A stretch of DNA of 64,000 nt, taken from contig CM059437.1 of assembly GCA_030390025.1 (NCBI GenBank), forward strand, positions 94,426,001 through 94,490,000, in the 5' to 3' direction. Origin of the DNA: Squalus acanthias (Eukaryota). The translations under genes and the position numbers were made by a program. The notes below the pieces were generated by a model. That model was not told the origin of the DNA and searched no databases. It saw nothing but the letters and a program-made list of their open reading frames with translations. Positions 12,225 through 22,150 of this stretch are shown piece after piece (position 1 is the stretch's first letter; each line of letters opens with the position of its first letter).

Positions 12225-13732
12225 TCTGAGATTGGCTGCTCGTAGTGCCATGATTACTCTGAAACAAAGGCCTAGAATGCTGGGTTTCCTTATTTGGGGG
12301 AGGGGGGTGTCGGGGGAGGAAAGGATTAGAATCCGTCACTGGCCTAACCTCTCCTCTGCCCACAGCATGACTGTCTTTGGATGCATCAATGTCAGTTATC
12401 AAGCATTTAGACAGCAAATCTGCCGACTGCTTGCCAGATGATGCCTTGCTATAGACGTCAAAACTACAGTGAAATCTGACAGTCTTTTAAGTTTTTGTGG
12501 TTGCAAAGAAGAAAGCACTTTTTGATCTTTCAGACAGCATTTTATATTTTTTTTCCATCAGTAAGTCCAGGATTCTGGTAAACTAGGTCACTGTGCTGTA
12601 AATCTCCATATCCCTAAGGATACACTAGTGTTAGGCTGTTCATTTAGAAATATGAAGCAATTCCTACTGGAATAGGCAACTCCTGTGAATTTCACTGAAC
12701 TCCACAATTTGGGTCATTTCACATTATACATCATTCTCAATTTATGCAGATGCTATATTCTCTTAAAGGGCAGGGGTCTGTAAACAGTGCAAGAACTGAT
12801 GTTTTTGTTTGTTTCAGATATCCCTGGCACACAATGATTGAATACTGTTTTAACAATAAATTCTATACATATTAGGGAATACAGCAGCTATTTAATTACC
12901 TTATAATGCTTCAAAAACGAGATTAGGCCTGTTTTCTCCGACTAAAATTATTGCGTGTCAGAAATTTTTAGGGACCACTTTACTGGATAATTAGGGTAAA
13001 TTAATCAATTTTTAAAATTCTTGATTACAGCTTCTTGCAGATCCAATATAATGGGTAATTTCAGAAATCTTTATGCTTCACACACGAGTCTGCCATAACT
13101 GCTTAACTATAATTCAAAGGACTGGTGAGTATATGAATAATCAACAGACTTCAACATGGTAACCAAGGCAAAGAATTTAAATTGCTATTTATATTCTGTA
13201 GTTGTTTATATATGATTACTAAATTTGTGTAAATCCATATCTTTTCTTCCTAATTTTTCCCACTTGTTTTTTTAAAATGAACCTTTTTGGAGAATTTGCC
13301 ATTCATTTGTGAGCCTAGACAATATGTTGGTATCATGTCCTCGGCCAACATTCACACCAAGACAACTAAGTATCAATCAGGAGTGGAGGCCAATTTTAAT
13401 GCCTCAACTAATGCCCTAGCTCAGTTAAAATGGAAGTAAACAGGAATTGAACCTGGAACCTTCTGGTTTGAAGGGGTGGTGCTTTTACCCAGACACGCCA
13501 ACCTACAAAACTCAGAAAAGCCGAGTAAGCCTCCAAAATAGTGAAAACTCAAAATATAGCATACGACTAAAAACAGCCCTAAATAAAAGCTCATGATTAA
13601 GGCCACAGCTTTAAGACAACTGAATAAGTTAAAATCATTTATATTACATTGGATTTCCAGATTTTTATTAGTATTTTGGGATCAAATTCTGTAATTCAGT
13701 TTATTTTTCTCTGAAAACTGAAACCTTGTGGC

Positions 13733-13875
13733 CAATGTTCCCTCTAATTTATTTTTGGGTGCGCGGCCCATTCAAAATATCGCGCATGTGCGGTTTTTCC
13801 TATTTAAAAGCTGGTGAGCCGGCTGCATGGGAGTTGCAGAGCGCTACGTGGCTGCACAGCTTAAAGGGAACATTG
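13733..13875. mobile_element. hAT-type MITE (143 bp)
   Basis: TIRs caatgttccctctaa / ttaaagggaacattg; exact 8-bp TSD cttgtggc at 13725-13732 and 13876-13883. Confidence 0.9.
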
Positions 13876-14049
13876 CTTGTGGCCTCACATATGAAAAGAT
13901 GTATTTACAGTGGGAGTGCAGTGAGATGTGAACGTGTCATGACTTAAGCTGAAGCGATATTAATATTGCATCAGTTGTATTATGGGGGGAAAAAACTGAA
14001 GTTCAAAAAGTGCACAGTTGCAAGCCATCTACTTTTTGAGCAGATGACC

Positions 14050-14700
14050 AGCGTTTTTGCTCCTCCCTTCACTCAGCTCATGTTGTGTCTTCCGAGATAG
14101 CTTTTCTGGCTCTGACTCTTGTGGATAGAGTGGTTTCAGGCGCGTGGGAATTGTGGGGCAATTGTCCTCCATTTTAAAAGGATAATCATTGACTAGCAGT
14201 TGGAATGCTCCAATCCTGTGAAGAGGGAGTGGCCGTTTGGCCCAGATTGTGGATGTGTGCTGCTGATCAATGGAGAATGAGGTGGAGGAAAGAACGGGGT
14301 GGGTAGAGGCCATTGGGTGACGAACTATCGGAGCCTCTGGGGAAAGACCGAGTAAACCAGGCACTGGGACACAATTAGAGACAGGACAGTCAGTACATCA
14401 GTGGCGCACATCCATGAACCGGGTCAAACTGCTGTCTTCGCCTCCGTGTCATGGGATTGGAGTACGCTGGCTGCCAGTCAATGTTTGTCATTTTAAAATG
14501 GAGTAACAATGGTGGCCAGTGCTACTCGCAATTCCCTGAGCACTAGAAACTGTTCTATCTGCAAGTGTCAGCAGGAGGCAGGAAAAAGCTACTTTAGTAG
14601 ACGTCATGCGATTGGCATGAACGAGGAGGAAAAATAGTTGTCTGTTTGCTCAAAACGTGAATAGTTGGCAATTAACCAGACCATCGGGAGACCTCTGCTT
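14050..14700. promoter_or_regulatory. CpG-retaining unique segment with CRE-like and CCAAT motifs; candidate internal promoter/enhancer
   Basis: About 20 CpGs in ~650 bp against a CpG-poor background; gacgtca at 14600-14606; ATTGG at 14456 and 14611. Confidence 0.35.
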
Positions 14701-15934
14701 GATCCAGTTAAGGAGTGATCATGCTGAACAGTAAGGTTTTTTCCCCATAATGGATTAATTGACAGCACCAAGTAAGCTTATCACTGGATTGGCAAACCTG
14801 CAAAAGCTGTTCTCCTCTAATTACCACCTTACTACGGTGTTCAATTTACATTCACTTAATAATTCCATTCTCAAGGCTTGCCTTTTCAAAGACAAAAATC
14901 TAGGACTGTTTTATACGGTGGTATCCGAGTCAGTTTGCCAGATATCCACTCACTTGCAATTTTTGTTTAAAACTTGTTCCTCTCCCCATCCAATTTTCTT
15001 CCCCCTCTCCTGAAGGTATTAAAATCATAAAAACTATGGCCATAATTTTATAAGAAAGGATATAAATCCAGCTATTCATCTTAAATATAGGTACATACTT
15101 TATAAATGATTTTCATCAAAGTACTCTATTTAAGTTGCCAAATACTCAATAAAGGATTAATATTTTCTTTAATTACTTAACTGAAAGCATTACGGTAAAA
15201 CGTAACATTAATTTATGCCTTTAAATGCTGTCCATTTTCCCCACTGTGTCACTTTAAGTGAATAAACCAATTCTCTAGTGTGTTATTTCCATACTAAACG
15301 TTAAGACTACATAAACCTTAGATTAATGAAGATGTAATAATGATTCAAAATGATAGTTAATTGCTTACACTCTTAAGATTTAAATTGCTCTGAAAGCAGA
15401 TACTGTCAGGTACCATTAAAACAGATCCTGCCTGCCTCACTTGGCCGAAGTTTGATGGCTCTTGGCCAGGTTGCAGGATACAGACCTGCATAGACGCAAA
15501 GTATTCCATCTCACTGGAGAAAACTTGAAATTGCTGAGGTTATTTTGCTTTAATCAAACCTCCCATCACCTGATCTTGGATATCACATGGACAGATGTAC
15601 GGCTTGAACTGTTTCTACCTTCCCAAAAGAGAATGATGTGTGGTGGAGCGAGGCATAAAAAAAAAATGATCTTTACAAAATAGGAAGTCATTTTAGTAGT
15701 TTGAACATACAACAAAGAATTGTGGATTTTGACAATGTATTCGGGAAGAAAGCGTGCAATGTGAGGAGCTTTAACCACACCCGAGATCATTTTGATATGA
15801 AGTAAGATACTGAGAACAAACAAAGCCATGGCAATAATCCCAATGGACACAAACCTTTGAGTTTTCCATTAGTATTTGACCCCACATCCTGATCACTGAT
15901 GTATACAAATCATTTTTTTCTCCTTCTACCTGTT

Positions 15935-16262
15935 CTCTCCTGAAAGTGGTGAATTATGCTGGGTTACAATTGTACAAGCAGTGCAAACTCACTTGGATCT
16001 CATCCAAGTGACCATCTTCTTATGTGTGAGACTGAATAGCCAGTACTAGTTGTCTATTGACCCATGGGGTTCAATGTGGTCAAAGTCAATCCAGTCCTCG
16101 CCTAACACTACGCGAGTACTTCCACTGGATAACGATCAGGGCAGGAGCCCTAGCTGATGTTTCCCTTTCCAAATTCAGACACAGAGACCGATTTGAAACC
16201 AGGCTTGTAGTGGTCTGTAAGCACTAAACAAATGCATTTACGCACCAAGTCATCAGGGACTA
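15935..16262 (-). mobile_element. Old SINE family B
   Basis: ccaagtgaccatcttcttatgtgtgag..ggataacgatcagggcaggagccctagctgat..tgcatttacgcaccaagtcatcaggg. Confidence 0.55.
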
Positions 16263-16496
16263 CCAAACACTATCAAAATAAAAATGCACTGTATCAAAAT
16301 AAAAGTGTAATAGGGTGATACAGTACCACAACATGTTGTCACTTGGTTGTTCCTAATGGCAACATTGGTGCAAGCCTGAGAATAGGTAACTGCCCCCTCA
16401 GGTCTAAGGGGTGTGTGACCCAGCACAATTTGCATGAGGAGAAAACCGTGAGCGCTTATTTTTTTAAGGAGATGTTGTAAATCTCAATCTTCAGCT

Positions 16497-16845
16497 TCCC
16501 TCTTGTCTCAGTGGTAAAAGTGCCATATGGTGCTGCACTGATCGAAACAGACCAGGATGATCCCAGCCTCCCAGGTTCAACGTCTGTGCTAAGGTGGCTG
16601 TTCTCAACTGGGGGCAACTGTGCAGATGCCACAGTTAACAGCAGCATCCCCAAATGGAGAGCATGGAGAAGGAAAACCACTGCTCCCTTTCTGATCACCA
16701 TCCAGTTTGGAAACCAAGTGAAGACATGATTAGGCTCATCTGTAATTCCCCCACAACTAAATCGCACACATGAAAAATGGCCAGTTAGATGAGGTGCTAG
16801 TTAGCGGTGGGTGCTTGTGGAATCACACCTTCAAAAAGATGAGAG
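16497..16845 (+). mobile_element. Old SINE family B
   Basis: A-box-like gtctcagtgg, acagaccagga..ccaggttcaa (B box), cacacatgaaaaatggcca; opposite orientation to the 15935 copy. Confidence 0.55.
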
Positions 16846-18257
16846 GCAAGGCTGGCTGGAAAGCCTCTGGCTTTTAAACTATATTTAAACTTAAGAGTGG
16901 TAGTCACTCATACCAGCAGTGCAAAATCTTTATGCAGACATTTGGAGTGTAAAGTTAAAACTCGAAAATCATCATTCTAACTCAGTACACCAGGAATTTA
17001 CAGTGCTGGGAGAACCAGGCATAGCACTGATATTGATCCGCAGTGATCCAATGGACAGGAACTCTGACAGCATGTAATAAACACAGTGAACTGCTACAAT
17101 TAATCCCCAGAGTATTTAGCTTCCATTTAACAGTTTCAAATACTCTTTCTGCAATGCAATCCAATGAGAATGATTTCCTAAAACTGTCGTATGAAAATGT
17201 TTATAAAATATAAAGTACATAACATTTTTTTTATAAGAAACATCGCCAGTTCAATAATACAACACTAAAATTAGGAAGATCGAAAACAATCCTTTTCAAA
17301 GCAAATAATCAGTAAACAATGAGTTAGAGAAGCTGTTCAACTGGACAACATAAGCAACCTGAATTATGAAAACAGATGGCTCTTTGTGAGGATATTTCTC
17401 AAGTTAATTTCTTCTCTTTCCTCCCAGTCTCCCCAAAGCAAATGTCAACTGCAGTCAAGAATCAATGTGGGGCACTTGCAGGCACAAACCCATGCCCCAC
17501 TACTCAGCGGTGCTTCAATACTCTTGCCTTCAGTCAAGCCACAGCAGTAACCCTTCAGTGCTTCAGCATCAACTATACATGCTAATCCAGCTCCACTGCT
17601 GAATGCTCCCCTCAAGCCAGTACCTTCCATGATACCATCACACACTTGCTTTTCCGAAGCTTATTCTTGTAATTCTGTTTATAACAGGGGTGCTGCTAAT
17701 AAGAGCAAGTCTGCCTCGACACATTCTCTGCTTAAATCTTTATCAGGATTCTCTATCCCATAACTACCCTGAACGCACAAATGACTTTTTTCAATCCCAT
17801 TTATGAGGGCAATAAATAATGATAAATAATTGTTTTCCAAGGTACATTTTTATTTCTATCAGAAGCATTAGCTTTTTCCCCCTAAAAACACAGCAAAGGT
17901 TCATCAGGCTTGTGTTGGTAAGAGCTGAAACTATTAAAATTGGTGTGCAGCAGGCAATGTCCCCTAGACCATATCTATTTTTATGACAAAATTCTTTAGG
18001 TCGGAATTGTGCTATGTGATATTGGTAACAAACAAAATATCTGTTAATCTGTTACTCGTCACATGAAATCCCTTTATCCGCAAGTCACAAATTCCTCCTT
18101 CTGATTGCTCCAATGTCTGCCCCCATTTAAAATCAACAGCCACGACCTCACATCCTTCCACAGTCCCCGTAGAAACCTCGTATTCCAATGGCTAGCCCTC
18201 CCCAGGCAGGAAGTTAAGAGCACGTGCACATCAGATCAAAGACATGTGCATGCTGGT

Positions 18258-18374
18258 CAATGTTCCCTTTAAGCTGTGTGGCTGCGCCGCGCTCCAGAGG
18301 TTCCGCGCAGCCAGTCAGCCGGCTCTTAAACTGAAAAAAACGTGCATGCCCAGAAAAAAATATGGGGAACACTG
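18258..18374. mobile_element. hAT-type MITE, second copy in opposite orientation
   Basis: caatgttccctttaagctgtgtggc ... ggggaacactg; 7/8 TSD atgctggt / atgctggc; internal sequence is the reverse complement of the 13733 copy. Confidence 0.85.
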
Positions 18375-20149
18375 ATGCTGGCCATTCCGCCCTTCTGCTG
18401 CTGATCTGACTGCTCCACGTTCCCTTACTTGCCTCCTTCTGCAGACATTACTCAGTGTCTAATACCCTGCTCACACCCAGATCTAGCCAGTCCCAAGACC
18501 CTTTGGTTTGAGACCTAGTGGCTCATCTGCTTTGCACTCTTCCCCACCACTCCAGCCCAACCTGACCTCTCCTCACATTTTCCCAGTCCAGCAACCCCCG
18601 AGTTCTGCTTCATCCTGACTGCCTTCGCTGACTTTGGACTCAGATTCACATTGGTAGGCTCTGCATTGCTAACTTTGTTAAGTGATACAGTGACTTTAAG
18701 AAGACTAGCACTGAAAGTTGGCCCAATTTTCACCAACTGTAAAATGTGTCACTGAAACAAATCTCAAGACTCCATGAATAGCAGAACAGAATTACAGAAA
18801 CTTTAAAACATTTATAACCTTCAATACTAGCCAAGCACATGGCCCACAAAGAGACACAAAGTTTGAAGTGTCATATTTATTCCAAAACAAAATAAATTAT
18901 GTGACAAATTCTGTATCACATAGTAGCATTCTGTAACATTTCCCAAAAATGGAAATAAACATTAAATTGACAGTGGCAGTGAATCTTAAAATGTAGAATT
19001 CTGTGTAGATATGACTCCCAAAGTACCCCGAAGATTAGAAGTATTAGAGATAACAATGAAAGCGTGAAACAGACACAGAGTGAGAAAAAGATACAGAAGA
19101 GTGGAAGATGGAAAAAAATGGTAGGGGGAAGGAAACAAAGAATGGAAGGGTGGGATAACATAAAAACAATGATCCATAAGCTACCCCATGTGAGAACAAC
19201 TGATGTCAGTTATAAAAACAGGCTTGCAGATTTAATAAAGTAATCATCTGTGAAAAGAATTTTGATTGTCATTTTTTAACTGTTCTTTAACAGTATTTTT
19301 TAACAAATACTGTTTTAAATGTTGCCAAGTCACTCAACAATTAAATCCCTCCAGTGATCCAAATTCCAAAACAATGTTAGATGTTACACACAAATGGATT
19401 GCCAGCCAGTGTTTCTGTTCTATATTATGAGAAGCAACACTCGACGATGAACATCGCATAGATTCAACAGCTGACCTCAAATACCACACTTTGAAAGCCA
19501 ATCAATGTTGTTCATATTGAATTTTCACCAGTACAACCCAGGGGCAAATCTAATCTGCTAGATGTCAGTTGCGCATGGAATGATGTTATGTTGACATGCT
19601 CACCTGCCAACAGGACCATTATTAATCCCACCCTTATGAGAGAAAACTAAATACCACTGGGGGTGACATAGTTGCTTAGCTGATAGGGAGTTGGTTTCCC
19701 AGAGAGTTGAAGGTTCAAAATCTCAGGCCAGCCTGTCACTCAAATCTACCCGCCACATACAAGCTAAGTTCTCAGTTGGACCACAAGATAAAACCACTCA
19801 GGAGAAATACTTGGCCTCAACTTTGCTCAGGAATCTGTAATAAATGTAGAGGTCAGTGTCACAAAGCAATATGAATACTTAAGGAAATGTGTGGGAAAAC
19901 CAGCATCGGACTAGCATTCTAGGAATTCAAATTCAAAGATTGCACTAGAGGATCAGAACTGCTCAAATATTATTTGCAAAAAACGTAGCAAGATACCAGT
20001 TAGGGAATTATAACTAACGGATTCAGCACTGGTAGTAGACATTTGCAGGGCACTATCGAGGTTTGTCTGTAGAGCACACAGGCCATCAAGAACAACTGGC
20101 ATAATTTTAGAAGCAACAGGTGTCTTGGGCGTCTACTGAATTTTTCAAA

Positions 20150-20450
20150 ATGATTTAAATAGCCATCTATTTGGATTTTGATAGGTGCCATATTTGAGAT
20201 TTCTAAAGTATGGATTTTAATGGCAAATTAACCAACTAGATTGAAAACTGGTTTGGTAATAGAAAGTAGGTGGTGATGATAAACTGCTAAGAGAAATGAC
20301 TAGTGACATTCTGCAGGAATCTATTCCGGATACATCACTGTTCACGAACGATAAGGAACAATGAACTCCCCTCATTATGTTAGGTGATCACTACTGAAGA
20401 GATAAATCACACTAAAAAAATACAGATGCATTAAATATTTGGGCAAATTA
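20150..20450 (+). mobile_element. Highly decayed CR1-like RT fragment
   Basis: Remnants of IYLDF, IENW, TS..[P]Q.S motifs (atctatttggatttt; attgaaaactgg; gactagtgacattctgcaggaatct). Confidence 0.4.
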
Positions 20451-21263
20451 ATTAACTAAGCGGCACTTAATGTGGTGAGATATTCAGTAATACATACTGG
20501 CACATAGAAAACATGCACAATAGATAGGTATTGATCAATAAAAGGAGGAGAAAAATGTAAGTACGATTATTGCTCATGCACTCAAGTAATAAACATTGCC
20601 AGCAAGTTGAATCGTGTCTTGGAATGCACCTACCAATTAAAATTGAAAACCACAATAGGATTATCTTAACCTTATACAACTCCCAGATAAGAATGACAGA
20701 ACCAGAAATCTCTGTCTTTATTTATTTCACATGATTTTAAAATAGATTCACAAAGGAATAGTTCGGTTCAAAGCGGATGGTGCTCTTTCTTTGCTCAGTT
20801 TCAAAATGGAAGTTTGGAGACAGCCAGCTTGTAATGGGACAGTGCTTTATGTTCGGAAATCAAAGTTATTTTGGTTTAAAATGGTTTGGTTGAAATGCTA
20901 AGTATGTCCTGTCTGCTGGATGTAAGTAACCTGAGTTTGGGTAGACTCAATCCATTTCTTAATGAGCATGAACCTCCAGCACAAAACTGTCCTTCATTTG
21001 GTACTAATTGACAATGTTACTCAGATAGGCCTAAGGATGGTTGTTGTGGAAAATGAAAAAAAAAGTCACAGTGATACAAGTAGGGGGTGCTCTTCTAAGA
21101 CTGGGGTTGTTGCACACGGAGTGGTGGGATTTTTGCTCTGTATCTGGCTGGGAGAGCTCATGGTGACGCTAGGTTCAAAAAGATTTGGAAGATCTAAGTA
21201 AATCTAGCACAACAAGGAGATGGCTAGTATGGATAAGGCAGCCTAGCTTATAATACTGGAGTA

Positions 21264-21481
21264 AAAACAGAAAATGCTGGAAATACTCAGCAGGCCAGGC
21301 AGCATCTGTAGAGAGAGAAACAGAGTTAACGTTTCAGGTCGATGACGGTTCTGACGAAGGGTCATCAACCTGAAACGTTAACTCTGCTTCTCTCTCTACA
21401 GATGTTGCCTGACCTGCTGAGTATTTCCAGCACTTTCTGTTTTTATTTCAGATTTCCAGAATCCGCGGTATTTTGCTTTTG
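21264..21481. mobile_element. Penelope-type insertion with inverted 5' arm (fold-back) and 15-bp TSD
   Basis: ~21262-21346 is the reverse complement of ~21361-21445; TSD tataatactggagta at 21249-21263 and 21482-21496. Confidence 0.85.
21347..21383 (+). ncRNA. Minimal type-I hammerhead ribozyme-like motif
   Basis: GGUU-CUGACGA(21351-57)-stem II-GAAA(21372-75)-CGUU-AACU; self-complementary AACGUU stem III, predicted GUU cleavage triplet. Confidence 0.55.
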
Positions 21482-21496
21482 TATAATACTGGAGTA

Positions 21497-21803
21497 GTAA
21501 TCTAGTAGTGGTGAGATAAAATCTTGCCATGGCAAGTTGGGAAATCGAATTCAGTAAATCTGGTAATTTGTGGGCTGGCGCCAGACAAAATAACCACAGA
21601 AGCTGCCGGATTATCGTAAAAACCCAACTGGTTCACTAATGTCCTTCAGGGGAGGAAACCTGCCACACCTACCTGGTCTGGCCTACATGTGATGCTAGTC
21701 GCAAACTGTGTGGTTTACTCTTAATGGCCTCAGGGCAACTAGGGTTAGGCAATAAATGTGGCCTTGCCAGAGTGGCTCACATCCCAAGAATATATAAAAA
21801 AAA
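21497..21803 (+). mobile_element. SINE sharing its 3' tail with the LINE at 26103-26715
   Basis: aaaacccaactggttcactaatgtccttcagggg core; tail ggcaataaatgtggccttgccag..cacatcccaagaa followed by A-rich end; its head is probably interrupted by the 21264 insertion. Confidence 0.7.
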
Positions 21804-21819
21804 CTCTATATACAGCAAG

Positions 21820-22150
21820 TCTCTATGGATGGAGAGCATGGACACCGAAAAAGAGGGACAGAGAAAAGTTGCACATCTTTAAGATGTGGGGATACAGAAA
21901 GATCATTAGTTACATCGTTCTAATAATGAATGGATAATTGAAAGGCTTAGAAACATGAAAATGATGCCCACCAAGATAAAGAAAAGAAATTCCAATACTT
22001 TGGACATTATTGCCAGAAGAGGACACCACCTGAGCAAGACAATCATGCTAGGAGAAACAAAAGATCAAAGACTATGAGGAAGACCAAGGAAAAGATGGCA
22101 GGATACAAAATATGAGATTGGCAACAGCAACAACATGACAGGCAATGTTG
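21820..22150 (+). mobile_element. Decayed RTE-clade LINE 3' fragment
   Basis: Broken frames give LYG..AWT, F.MW.YRK, FQYFGH, KTIMLG, GRPRKRWQD, typical of the RTE ORF C-terminus. Confidence 0.6.

Noticed and set aside
14029-14364. 111-aa minus-strand ORF as a standalone gene
   Set aside because: GTG start, no recognisable homology and no convincing splice donor; kept only as part of the promoter hypothesis
17327-17341. EKLFN peptide resembling AUTS2 exon 6
   Set aside because: On the plus strand, opposite to the identified exon, with no splice context; chance match
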